This document shows, in pieces, positions 1 to 10,900 of a DNA stretch of 64,000 nt. Source of the stretch: Clostridia bacterium (GTDB taxonomy: Bacteria > Bacillota > Clostridia > UMGS1810). Under the pieces are notes generated by a model that was given only the letters and a program-made list of their open reading frames with translations, was not told the DNA's origin and made no database searches. The translations under genes were made by a program, and so were the position numbers. Numbering within the stretch: position 1 is the first letter of the stretch; every line of letters starts with the position of its first letter. The stretch is from positions 2,684 to 66,683 of the forward strand of contig JAZQJX010000099.1 of assembly GCA_045541875.1 (NCBI GenBank), written 5' to 3'.

Positions 1-126
1 GAAGGAGTTTTAGTCGGAAGAGAAAATGGCGGATTTGCTCCTCTCGATAATGTAACAAGGGCAGAGGCAGCAAAAATCATATATGAAAGTTTGAAATTAC
101 TTGGAGGTGAAAATGTTGAAGCATAG
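1..126 (+). CDS. 3' end of a surface protein (SLH-like C-terminal repeat), partial
   Basis: Frame 1 is open from the window edge to TAG at 124-126. The tail GFAPLDNVTRAEAAKIIYESL resembles the end of an S-layer-homology repeat. Confidence 0.45.
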   Translation, partial: EGVLVGRENGGFAPLDNVTRAEAAKIIYESLKLLGGENVEA

Positions 127-2758
127 AATAATAACACTTATAATTTCGTTTGCATTAACGATTTGCTGTGCAACCGGTTTCACTTTCGCTGCAGAATCCC
201 AGCAGCCGGTCATGTCTCAGGATTTTGAATTTGCACTTTCCTGCGGAATTTTTGGTGAAAGTCTTGTGCCTTCATCAACTGTCACCCGTATAGAACTTGC
301 AGAAATTTATACAAACATAATTATGAATGACACTGCAGATATAGAAGGTGCCGAAAGCAAGTATTTTACCGATGTTGACTATGATCTTGCATATTATGCA
401 GATTTTGTTGCATCTGCAAAACTTATGGGAGGAATAGGGAACGGACTTTTTGCCCCCTATGAAAATGTTACATATCAGCAGTTTTTGAAAACTATAGTAT
501 CTTTCCTTGGTTATGATGTTAAAGCACAGAGTCTTGGCGGATATCCGTCAGGCTATGCTGCAGTTGCCGCACAACTTGGATTAAATCTTCCAAGCAAAGT
601 TTCTCCCGACAGTTTCATAACTGCAGAAGGTGTTGCAACCATATTTAAAATTGCCGCATCTTGTCCCTTATATGACGTTGCAGGATATGGCGATGTGTCG
701 GAGTATTACGAAATAACACAGATAAATTACCTGTCAAAATATCTCAAAATCAATTTCATGTCCAATGTTGTCAAAGGAAATTATATTTCCAACATCTATA
801 ACAGCGACGAACTCAAATATAACGAAATAATCATTGGTTCTGAAAAATTCATCTTTGATCCTGACAAATTTATTCTCAATGATCTTCTTGGTCATAAAGT
901 CGATGTATACTACAAGGAAATAAATAACGTAAAGCACATAATCTATGCTGAAGATAACATTTACAACCGTGTGATAGAAATTGACGGAAAAGATGTTGAT
1001 GTAAAAGATGATACTCTCATCTACTATGAAGGTTTTAAAGATAAGGAAATACGTTTTTCTGATGATGTAAACATACTTTTCAACGGTGGTATCTGTGAAA
1101 ACTATAACAATGCCACATTTAATGCGTGGAACAATACTTATCGTGATGGCGGTATCAAAGCAATAGATAACAACTATGACGGAAAATATGATTATATTAT
1201 GATTGATGCATATGATACCTATGTTGTTTCAAGTATCAAAGATGATATTATTCACACAAGTTACCGTGATGGATATATAATCAAAATAAATGATTATGAA
1301 GATGGCAAAAATGTTCTTTTCAGAAACCTTGACGGTAAACCCATAAAAATGTCTGATGTAGAAGACGGAAGCGTTATCAGTGTTTCAAAAGACCTTAACG
1401 GAAGAATAACAAATATATTTGTTACAAATGATATTTTTGTTTCTGAAGTTTCATCAATTGAAATTCAGGATGGAAAGTATTATTTCGGTTTTGGTGACAG
1501 AGTTTTTGAACCCTCTGAATCCTTGGCGCTCAATCCTCAACTTGAAAGAGTTGAAATTGGTCAGAGAATGAAACTTATGTTCAACAAAGACGGTCTGGTT
1601 TCAGACATAGAAGCACTCGGATATCATAGCAACAGCGTTGCAATGGTTGTTGATTCAAAAGTCGGAACAGGACTTGAAGCAGGAGAAAGTGCATATCTTA
1701 AACTTTTCACATCAGAAGGTTCATTCATAGAGTGTCCTCTCACGTCAAAAGTAAATGTGACCTATGGCGGTGTTCAGTCTGTCGAAAAAGGTGTAGATGT
1801 TATTGCAATGCTCGGCACAACTGAGGAAGGCGAAGTTGTAAGACAGCCCGTATATTACAGACTCAACGAAAATAAGGAACTTAACTGGATTTCAATTTGC
1901 AATCCCGAATCAGGCTCAATTGATGGGTTGCATGAAATCGGAGTGACTTCAGGAGAATACCGTGGCGGTTCTACCATGAGTATCGCAGGAAAAGTTCTTA
2001 CAAAAGGTGCAATATACTTTTGTGTTCCCTCCGAAGATGACAGGGATAGAGAAGAAATGTATGAAATCAAAACTCTTCCCGGCGGATATTCTGTTACCGT
2101 AACAGCTTACGGAGATACAAAAGACACAAAACTTGCAACAGTTCTTGTTAAATATGATAATAATCCCGGATCAAGTATGAATAATGATACAAACATTTTC
2201 GTTATTGATTCCATAACAAAAGCAATAGATTCATATGGTGATGAAAAACTCAAAGTACGTGGATTAATGGATAAACGCGAATGTGAATATTACGCAGATG
2301 AAGCGGTAATGAAAATTGCTCTCAATGGAACTCTTCCCGAAAAGGGTGATATTGTCAGATTGAGTCTTGGTAAGGGCGATACAATCAGCGCTTGCGTTAT
2401 GACATACGACAGATCAGAGAAACAACTGCATGACACAACCGGATATGCTATTAGTGAAAATCCAAGTACATCATCCTATGCAAATCCATATAGAGTTTTG
2501 CTTGGTAAAATCATATATGCCAATGATGTGTTTATGACTTTGAGAATATATAATTCAAATGGTACATATACTGACGAATCATATCTCAAATCTGATTTCA
2601 CATACTATAAATATGAAAAAGTCAGCGAATCAAAAGCAACAGTGTCTGTTGCATCTGCATCAGATTTCTATATGTTGCCGGATGGTGAAACTGATAATCG
2701 TGATGTATTCATTCATCTCAGATCCGGTGATCCCAGATCCATTGTACTTTACAAATAA
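113..2758 (+). CDS. secreted cell-surface protein with N-terminal SLH-like repeats, function unknown
   Basis: ATG 113 follows GGAGGTG (103-109); the track ORF starts at TTG 101. Signal peptide LIISFALTICCATGFTFAAES, then SLH-like repeats (VTRIELAEIY; FTDVDYDLAYYADFV...GNGLFAPYENVTYQQF). The remaining ~600 aa are beta-rich and match no family I recognise. Confidence 0.7.
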   Translation: MLKHRIITLIISFALTICCATGFTFAAESQQPVMSQDFEFALSCGIFGESLVPSSTVTRIELAEIYTNIIMNDTADIEGAESKYFTDVDYDLAYYADFVASAKLMGGIGNGLFAPYENVTYQQFLKTIVSFLGYDVKAQSLGGYPSGYAAVAAQLGLNLPSKVSPDSFITAEGVATIFKIAASCPLYDVAGYGDVSEYYEITQINYLSKYLKINFMSNVVKGNYISNIYNSDELKYNEIIIGSEKFIFDPDKFILNDLLGHKVDVYYKEINNVKHIIYAEDNIYNRVIEIDGKDVDVKDDTLIYYEGFKDKEIRFSDDVNILFNGGICENYNNATFNAWNNTYRDGGIKAIDNNYDGKYDYIMIDAYDTYVVSSIKDDIIHTSYRDGYIIKINDYEDGKNVLFRNLDGKPIKMSDVEDGSVISVSKDLNGRITNIFVTNDIFVSEVSSIEIQDGKYYFGFGDRVFEPSESLALNPQLERVEIGQRMKLMFNKDGLVSDIEALGYHSNSVAMVVDSKVGTGLEAGESAYLKLFTSEGSFIECPLTSKVNVTYGGVQSVEKGVDVIAMLGTTEEGEVVRQPVYYRLNENKELNWISICNPESGSIDGLHEIGVTSGEYRGGSTMSIAGKVLTKGAIYFCVPSEDDRDREEMYEIKTLPGGYSVTVTAYGDTKDTKLATVLVKYDNNPGSSMNNDTNIFVIDSITKAIDSYGDEKLKVRGLMDKRECEYYADEAVMKIALNGTLPEKGDIVRLSLGKGDTISACVMTYDRSEKQLHDTTGYAISENPSTSSYANPYRVLLGKIIYANDVFMTLRIYNSNGTYTDESYLKSDFTYYKYEKVSESKATVSVASASDFYMLPDGETDNRDVFIHLRSGDPRSIVLYK

Positions 2759-2775
2759 TGAGGGAGGATAATAAA

Positions 2776-5700
2776 ATGAAAAAAATTATAGCTTTAGTTC
2801 TTTCAATTTTCTTGGTTTTCGCATCCATACCTTCATTTGCTTATGACATTAAGTATTATCAGACCGTATCAAATAATGACCTCAATCTTCCTCTTGATGA
2901 AAAAACAACAGTTGCAGACGGAAGTATAGCAGTAGAGGCTGAAGATATGGAATTTGGCGATGATGCCAAAATAGTTGAAGACGAATCAGCATCGGGCGGG
3001 AAAGGTCTCAAACCCTCCGGTGTCAATTTTACAAATGACCACACAAAGATTTTAAAACCAACAATGGAGCTTAAAATCAATGTTCCTGAAAGCGAATATG
3101 GAAACTATACTCTTTGGGTGAGAATTAAATGTATTAACACATCCGCGTATTCATATTTTGAAAGTTTCAGAGGTTATCAGGGTGTAACAGAAGGATATGC
3201 TTCACGTTTCTTCTCTGTTAATCCGGATTACTTCTGGCAGCAGGTAGGCTCAGGAGCTGTCAGAAACAACCAGTTTGTATATTCAATCAAATACAGAGAC
3301 GTTGGATTTATACTTGACAAATTCGTTCTTACAGATGATTCATCTTTCGTTCCATCCGGCAAAGATGACCTTCCGTTCTCAATGTCAGGTGTTCAGACAG
3401 ATGGTGGACTCTATCCAAAGCCTGAAATCACACCGCCTGCAGGAGAACATCCGAGAGTTTTAATTACAAAAGATAAGATTCCTCAACTCAAAGAAAATAT
3501 TAAACATCCTCTTTTGAAGAACATATATAGTCAGGTTGCAGAAAATGCAAATAAAATTCTTGATTGCAGACTTCCTTCAAAGAAAAATAATTTCCCCATA
3601 TCTCTCGGATTTGATGTTCAGTCAAGAGCGTTTATGTATCTGATTGGTGAGGTAGACAAGGAACACGCAAAACAGACTGTAAGATATATGCTTGACCTCT
3701 ATGAAACAATGGAGTGGGACAGATCCGTTGGTGATATAACAAGAACAATCGGTACAGCAGTAGCCCTTTCAGGTATAGTATATGACTGGTGCTATGATGT
3801 CTTGACACAAGAGGACAAAGACAAACTCATCGGCTATATGCTTTCAACTTCAGCACTCATGGAAATAGGCTATCCTACAACCACAAGAGAAACATTTGCC
3901 GGTCACGGTGGTGAAGGTGATGCTTTCTATTTCCAGCTTGCAGCAGCAATTGCAATTTATGATGAAAATCAGAGTATGTACAATAACGTTGCAGGAATGC
4001 TCTTTGAACATGCTTTTGAAACAAGAGAATACTTCAACAAGAGTATGAATCATCCTGCAGGTAGTGCCTACGGTCCCACAAGATATGCTTGGGAAGCCCT
4101 TTGTCAGATAGTCTTTGACCGTATGGGTTATCCCGGAGTTATGGGAAATGATTTCGGAAAAACATCACTCAGATGGATTCACGACCGTCTTCCTAACGGT
4201 TTCTGGTCAGAAGACGGCGACTCATATCTTTACTGGTCACCTGAATCAGGACCATACTATCACTCAAATGATTATCCCATAATGCTCTATGATGCATATT
4301 TTGGAAATGAATATGCACAAGGTGAATATATCAAACAGCTTTCACTCAAAAGTTACAAAGCAGGAAAATCTCTCTATGATAATGGTATAATAACGCTTCT
4401 TGTTTTTGATCCCAATATGCCATATGCATATCCCGATGATGAAGGTAAAGTAAGACCTCTTTCATACGCAACAAAATATCCTCTCACAGCAGTGTTTGCG
4501 AGAACTTCATGGCGTTCGGGAGTCAACGGTGAAACCGCAGTTGTATTTATGAATGGTCAGGAAAAACTTGTTGGTGACCATGACCATGATCATTCTGATA
4601 TAGGTCACTTCTCAATCTACTATAAAGGCACTCTTACAGCCCAGGGTGGAACCTATCAGGGTGAAACAGGCGGATGGGGTAATAATCACTACTTTAACTA
4701 CTACAGACGTTCCGTTTCACACAACTGTATCACTGTGTATGATCCTTCCGAAGTATATTATGTAGGATATAACAAGAAGACATATGCGAACGATGGCGGT
4801 CAGAAGATTGAAAAGAATTCAGATTTCCTTCCTGAATTCCTTGAGCATCCCGATGAAGCAAAAACCGAAGGCCTCTACATCGGACCAAATGAACAGACAC
4901 CTGAATTTACATATCTGAAGACAAATCTTACAGGTGCATATTCAGAAAAGCTGACAAACTATACACGTTCAATGGTATCCCTTAACCTCTTCAACACAGA
5001 CTATCCTCTTGCTTTTATTGTCTGGGATGATGTTTCATCTACAGATCCGTCATTCAAAAAGACTTGGAACATTCAGGCAATCTCCGAACCTCAGGTCAAA
5101 GGCAATACAACCATTATAGGACGAGACCAATACGACCATTCAGGTAAACTCGTTGTGAAAACCCTACTTCCCAAATCTGCTGATTTGGTAAAGGTGGGTG
5201 GAGCCGGAAAAGACAGTTATGTTGATGGTCAGAACTATCCAAATGCAGACAAAGCAGCAATGGATAATGAACAGTCACAGTGGAGAGTTGAAATATCACC
5301 GAAACGTAGTGCAAAAGACGACAAGTTCCTTCATGCTATGTATGTTACAGATTCCAAAAAGAATCTTCCTGAACTTCCTATGATTCAAGAATCAATGGGT
5401 TCATTTGAAGGCGTAACAGTTATGGACAGAACCGTTCTTTTCTCAAGAAACAAAAACGGAGTGAATACAGTTTTCACACTTAACGTAAGAGATAATGGCT
5501 ATGAGAAGATGTCAGTTCTTGTAACGGACCTTGAAGTCGGCAAATGGCAGATTGCAGGTGCAACTGAAACTTTGGTTGCTGAAGTAACAGAAGAAACAAA
5601 TGCTCTTTATGCAAAACTTGCTCCCGGAACATACACAGTTTCAAAAGTAAATGATGATACTGCCGTTACACCTGTTGAATCTGAATTTGATTCAAGAACA

Positions 5701-6507
5701 TTAAGACTCGGTGATTATAGCATTTACCAGCCAACAGGCGCTGACTTCATGTATAACTATGAGCCCACAATCATAAGAGATGGGGTTCCCTACATTTCAG
5801 AAACAGATCTCAGAGCATGGGATTCAAATGTAACTGTTAGCGGCAACACAATCACACTCACAAGAGGAGACAACACTCTTACAATGACAATTGGCTCTGT
5901 CAATGCAACAAAGAATGGAGCACCATATACATTAGGTGGTGCACCATTTATCGCCGACAACGGTATTGTTTATGTGAGTGTTATGAATGTTGTTGATTTG
6001 TGCAAATATAATCTTGTATATGATTCTCTTGCAAGACTTCTCAAAATTTCAGAAATCCGTACACTGGCTGACCTTGATAAACTTGGCGGACTTGAAAGTC
6101 TTGGCGTTCAGATTGATTCATCAAAGATTATTACTCCCGTAACATTCTTCTCATCGTCAGATGACGGCAACGTTGCAGACAACCTCTTTGACTATAACAC
6201 AACAACAAGATGGTCTGCAAACGGAGCGGGTGAATTCCTTGTTCTGGATTATGGCTCTGTTCGTGATTTTGACAAATTCCTGATGGGCTTCCTTGAAGGT
6301 GATTTGAGAAGCACAGCATTTGACATTTTGATTTCAACAGATGGTGAAAATTACACCAAAGTACATTCATATAAGAGTAGCGGTAAAACACTCAACCTTG
6401 AAGAGTTCAAAGCTGACTTTTCAGCTCGTTATATTAAGATGATATTCTATGGAAACACTCTTAATACATGGAACTCAGTCAACGAAATTATAACTGTTAA
6501 GAAATAA
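2776..6507 (+). CDS. secreted heparinase II/III-like polysaccharide lyase with N-terminal beta-sandwich module, stalk domain and C-terminal F5/8 type C (discoidin) domain
   Basis: ATG 2776 follows GAGGGAGGA. Signal peptide; AVEAEDMEFG..ASGGKGLK module; DUF4962-like HPRVLITKDKIPQLK. Toroid motif FAGHGGEGD; heparinase II/III C-region HDHDHSDIGHFSIYYKG and RRSVSHNCITVYD. Copper-amine-oxidase-N-like stalk (VPYISETDLRAW...). Discoidin-like tail TTTRWSANGAGEFLVLDYG...ARYIKMIFYGN. Confidence 0.75.
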   Translation: MKKIIALVLSIFLVFASIPSFAYDIKYYQTVSNNDLNLPLDEKTTVADGSIAVEAEDMEFGDDAKIVEDESASGGKGLKPSGVNFTNDHTKILKPTMELKINVPESEYGNYTLWVRIKCINTSAYSYFESFRGYQGVTEGYASRFFSVNPDYFWQQVGSGAVRNNQFVYSIKYRDVGFILDKFVLTDDSSFVPSGKDDLPFSMSGVQTDGGLYPKPEITPPAGEHPRVLITKDKIPQLKENIKHPLLKNIYSQVAENANKILDCRLPSKKNNFPISLGFDVQSRAFMYLIGEVDKEHAKQTVRYMLDLYETMEWDRSVGDITRTIGTAVALSGIVYDWCYDVLTQEDKDKLIGYMLSTSALMEIGYPTTTRETFAGHGGEGDAFYFQLAAAIAIYDENQSMYNNVAGMLFEHAFETREYFNKSMNHPAGSAYGPTRYAWEALCQIVFDRMGYPGVMGNDFGKTSLRWIHDRLPNGFWSEDGDSYLYWSPESGPYYHSNDYPIMLYDAYFGNEYAQGEYIKQLSLKSYKAGKSLYDNGIITLLVFDPNMPYAYPDDEGKVRPLSYATKYPLTAVFARTSWRSGVNGETAVVFMNGQEKLVGDHDHDHSDIGHFSIYYKGTLTAQGGTYQGETGGWGNNHYFNYYRRSVSHNCITVYDPSEVYYVGYNKKTYANDGGQKIEKNSDFLPEFLEHPDEAKTEGLYIGPNEQTPEFTYLKTNLTGAYSEKLTNYTRSMVSLNLFNTDYPLAFIVWDDVSSTDPSFKKTWNIQAISEPQVKGNTTIIGRDQYDHSGKLVVKTLLPKSADLVKVGGAGKDSYVDGQNYPNADKAAMDNEQSQWRVEISPKRSAKDDKFLHAMYVTDSKKNLPELPMIQESMGSFEGVTVMDRTVLFSRNKNGVNTVFTLNVRDNGYEKMSVLVTDLEVGKWQIAGATETLVAEVTEETNALYAKLAPGTYTVSKVNDDTAVTPVESEFDSRTLRLGDYSIYQPTGADFMYNYEPTIIRDGVPYISETDLRAWDSNVTVSGNTITLTRGDNTLTMTIGSVNATKNGAPYTLGGAPFIADNGIVYVSVMNVVDLCKYNLVYDSLARLLKISEIRTLADLDKLGGLESLGVQIDSSKIITPVTFFSSSDDGNVADNLFDYNTTTRWSANGAGEFLVLDYGSVRDFDKFLMGFLEGDLRSTAFDILISTDGENYTKVHSYKSSGKTLNLEEFKADFSARYIKMIFYGNTLNTWNSVNEIITVKK

Positions 6508-6520
6508 GGAGGGGAAATTA

Positions 6521-7903
6521 ATGAAATTAACAAAAAAAATATTGTCAAATTTTCTTGCACTTGTAATTATAGTGTCCATAATTTCATCGATGTTTTGTTT
6601 CACAGCTTCAGCTGAAATTTCTGCCTCTGATGATTATAGCGTGACCAAAGTGTATTCTGAATTGGATTTTGAATCCGGCGAGATTAATCCTGCTGATTTT
6701 TTGAGTTATACTTCATCAACAAAAGGAGGATATGGTATCTCTGTTGTGACGGATCCCGACACCGAAAGTCAGGTTATGAAAACTGAAGTAACATCTGAAA
6801 CAATAAAGTATAATGGTACAGATATTACGATTAGTCAGGGAAACTGGCAGATTAACTATCCCGGATACAACATGAAAAATGATGTTGTAAAAGGTCATCT
6901 GATTTTTGAGTTTGATTTCAAAACAGAAAACTTCAACTATAACATTCGTACTATGTATGTAGGTTCGGCAGCTCCCGGCGATGTATACCTTGTTGGACCA
7001 CAGATTGAATCCGGTACAGGAACCATCACCAAAATGGGTGGTGGTTCCACCGGCAAGAAGGTTCAGGCGAATAAATGGCACAAGTTCAAATTTGACTTTG
7101 ATATTGATGCTAACACTGTAGATTTCATCTTTGATGATGTAATTCTCCAAGATGATTTTGCTCTCAAAAAAGAATTTGACGGATTTCAGTATTTCAACTT
7201 GCCAAGATGTATGGCTATTGCGTCCGGGAAATACGGTACAATGTATATTGATAATCTCAAATTATATACAGTAACAACAAAATACGATGTTGCAGTATCT
7301 GCTGTTGTTGATGGTGAAACTTTAGATGCCCTTGATAACTTTCCGCTTTCAGGTGGTTCTTTAAAGTTTGAATTTTCCGAAAAGATGGCAGATATCACAA
7401 AGGAAATGTTCACATTTACTGCAAATGGAGTTTCAAAAGATTTCGATTTTCAGTATGATATGGATGAAAAAACAGTTATAATAACTCCCACATCTCCCTT
7501 CAAGGGAAGAGAAGAATGCGTAGTTTCTTTTGATGGCGTTTTCACAGCGAATGGCGGAGGAAACAAAGGCAAAAGTTCGTTTGAGTTTAATGTTACTCCA
7601 CCTGACTATGGAATCAAAGATGTTAATCTCCCAACTTTCACTGCCGGAGAAGATGCAACAGTTCAGGTTACGGTAAACAACAGAACTGCAACCGACAGAA
7701 ACGAAATGGTTTTGGTTGGCATCTACAACGGAAACAAACTTTTATCAGTTGGTGCATCATCTGTGACCAATCTTTTGGGCGAAGAGAAAACTTTTGACGT
7801 TACGCTTTCCGTTCATCCGGATTATGTTGAACAAGAGTGTAACATCAGAGTATATCTTGTTAAACCCGGAACTCTATATGGATATGATTCCGTTAAATAT
7901 TAA
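6521..7903 (+). CDS. secreted concanavalin/LamG-like lectin-fold protein with C-terminal Ig-like domains
   Basis: AAGGAGGGG RBS and signal peptide ending ASAEI. Lectin-fold signature NKWHKFKFDFDIDANTVDFIFDD...MYIDNLKLY, repeated in ORF 11153-13798. Beta-sandwich C-terminus. Confidence 0.6.
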   Translation: MKLTKKILSNFLALVIIVSIISSMFCFTASAEISASDDYSVTKVYSELDFESGEINPADFLSYTSSTKGGYGISVVTDPDTESQVMKTEVTSETIKYNGTDITISQGNWQINYPGYNMKNDVVKGHLIFEFDFKTENFNYNIRTMYVGSAAPGDVYLVGPQIESGTGTITKMGGGSTGKKVQANKWHKFKFDFDIDANTVDFIFDDVILQDDFALKKEFDGFQYFNLPRCMAIASGKYGTMYIDNLKLYTVTTKYDVAVSAVVDGETLDALDNFPLSGGSLKFEFSEKMADITKEMFTFTANGVSKDFDFQYDMDEKTVIITPTSPFKGREECVVSFDGVFTANGGGNKGKSSFEFNVTPPDYGIKDVNLPTFTAGEDATVQVTVNNRTATDRNEMVLVGIYNGNKLLSVGASSVTNLLGEEKTFDVTLSVHPDYVEQECNIRVYLVKPGTLYGYDSVKY

Positions 7904-7935
7904 TTGACAGATTTTAATCAAAGGAGCATAAGTTA

Positions 7936-10900
7936 ATGTTTAAATTGCCAACGATTAAAACCTTAATATCTGCATTTATAATGCTTACAATAAGCACTGC
8001 CTCATTTGGCAGTGCTTATGCTGCAAATAAAACATATAATTTTTCAACCTCAGATTCAACAGTTATTTTTGAAGCAGAGGATATGGTACTTGGAAAAGAT
8101 GCAAGCATAATATCAGGATCAACAGCTTCAGGCGGCAAAAGTGTTAAGGTTACAGCAACAACTAAAAATGATTCGGCAGATAATATCAAAAACCCCACAA
8201 TGTATGCAGACATAAACGTTGATAAAGCCGGAAAATATTCTCTTTATGCAAGAGTGAAAAGCCCGGGTGTTAACAATAATGAAGTGTTCTATAAGCACTC
8301 CAACAACACTTCATATTCTACGTTCACATTTACTTACGGTACAAATTATACATGGGTTAAAATTTTTGATGTTACAATTGTATCAGGCATATTTTCAATT
8401 TCATTTAAATACAAAGAAATTAATCTTGAGTTTGATAAATTTGTGTTTACATCAAAAGAAGGTTTTTCACCAACAGGTGCCTATGACGTTCCTACAGGAG
8501 AGAAAAAACTGATATATAACTCTCCCGAAATCAAACCAATTGAAGGACATCCCCGTCTTTTTGCAACAAAAGATGATATTGAAACAATAAAGGCAAACAC
8601 ACAGAGCGAAGAACTTAAAACACTTTATGCCACATTGAGATCATACGCAGATAGTAAGAAATCATATTATGTTCTTCCCGATACAATCTCTTCAGGTTGC
8701 AACTTCTCAGGCCATGTAACAAACAGACTTCAGGCAAGAGCATTTATGAGTCTTATCGGGGAGGCTACTTCCGAATATAACAGACAGACTATTGATTGGA
8801 TGAAATCTATGTATGCAACTGTTAAGTGGGATCCGTCATATCAGGATATAACACGTACAATGGGTGAACTTATACTAACCGGAGCACTTGTGTACGACTG
8901 GTGTTATGATGATATGACAAGTGCAGATAAAGAGTTTTTCATTGCACATTTCAAAAAGGTTTCCTACACAAAGGAAATTGGATATCCACCCACCAAAACA
9001 TATGCATTTGCAGGTCACGGTGGAGAAAGAGAACTTTTTTGTGATCTTCTCTCTGCAGGTGTTGCCTGCTATGATGAAGACCCTGAAATATGGGAACTTG
9101 CTGCCGGAAGATTCTTTGATGAATATCAGAAGAGTCGTATTGAATTTAACAAAACGGGCTCTCATCCTGTTGGAAGTTCATACGGTCAGGTAAGATATAT
9201 GTGGGAACTTTGTGCTGCAACTATTTTTGATTCAATGGGATATGAAAATATTATGGGTGAAGACATTGGCAAGGTTGTCTACAGATACATATATCACAGG
9301 CTTCCTAACGGCCTTTGGATAAAAGATAATGATGACTATACCTATAGTTCCAATTCTGCAACCGGTTTCACATATAGCATGAACTATGGTAATTTTTACA
9401 ATCTGGCTGCTCATCTTTCAAGTGATGAATATGTCAGAGGCGAGTGGCTAAAACTTTTCTCAATTAACGGTTATTCTTATATAACTCACTACATGTGGAC
9501 AATGATTTTCAGCCATCCTGAAGATGAAATAAAATCTCTTGAGGAATTACCTCTTACATACGCATCATCATATCCCTTAACAGGTGTTACAGCAAGAACA
9601 GGGTGGCAGGCAGGACTTGATTCAGATACTTCTGTTATTTACATGAAAGCAGAAGAAAAGAATACAACCGATACGTCCTTTGCTGACCTTGGTAACTTTA
9701 TGATTTATTATAAAGGAAATCTTGCGATAAACGGGGGAAGTTACTCCTATGCCAATACCGGTGGCGGTTGGGGTGGATCTCATGCCAGAAACTATGCAAA
9801 GAGGACTATTTCCAAAAACTGCATGACAGTGTATGATCCCAACGAAGTGTTTAATACATTTTATGGGCAAAAGCAGAATACTCCGTTGGCAAATGACGGC
9901 GGACAGTTTACGTTTACTCCACTTGTCAAAACTTCTGATGAATATTTCCAAACACCCGATCTCGCAAGAACTGACGGATTATATGTAGGTCCAAACGAAA
10001 ATACACCTGTATTTTCATATGTAAAAACCGACCTTACAAATGCATATTCGGATAAAATTACCAAATACTCCCGTTCAATGGTTGCAATCAATTTCTTTGA
10101 TGAGGATATACCTCAAGGATTTATATGCTTTGATAATATGGAAACCAAAGCAGCAAATCTTAAAAAGAAATGGCTTTTGCAGTCCATAAACGAGCCTGTT
10201 GTAACAGGAAATGAAACTGTTATTAAGAGAACGGAAAAAGGATATAATGGAAAACTTACCGTGAATACACTTTTGCCTGCGTCTGATAATTATGTAATTG
10301 AAAAAGTCGGCGGCGAAGGATATGACAGTTGGGTTGACGGGAAGAATTATCCCAATCCCGATCCGTCAGGAGTTGATTCTGAACAGGGTGGATGGAGAAT
10401 TGAACTTTCCACCAAAACTGATGCAACTCACGATGTATTCCTTAATGCTATGTATGTTTCGGATGCAGATTCAGAAGTATCTATCACTCCTATATACGAA
10501 GAAACCGACAGTTTCTACGGTGTAACAATGAAAAATAACTCTGTATATTTTTCAAAGGAATATAACACCGATAAATCTGACAGTTTTACAATCACTGTAA
10601 GAGACAATGGATATGAAACAGTTAATGTGCTTGTAACTGACGTTGCAAACGGAAAATGGAATGTTTCAGGCACGAATATCGTAACTGAGGTTTCCGGCAA
10701 CGAAAATGCACTGTGTGTATCGATTGCTCCCGGAACATATACATTCTCAAAAACCGATCTTGAAGTTAGTGAGCAAACATTTGAGGAAGTTTCAAGAAAT
10801 GAAATAGGAGATTTTAACATTTATAATGTTAAAACAAAACTTTTTGTTTATCACGAAGATGAAACCAAACTCATCGACGGTGTTCCATATGTTCCTGTAA

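Noticed and set aside
101-112. Track start codons that extend ORFs upstream: TTG 101, 2758, TTG 15594, 19118, 26872, 40106, 41980, 47286 and GTG 56368.
   Set aside because: In each case a downstream in-frame ATG, GTG or TTG sits 5-9 nt after a GGAGG-like RBS. That start begins the signal peptide or conserved N-terminus, while the longer start overlaps the RBS or the preceding gene.
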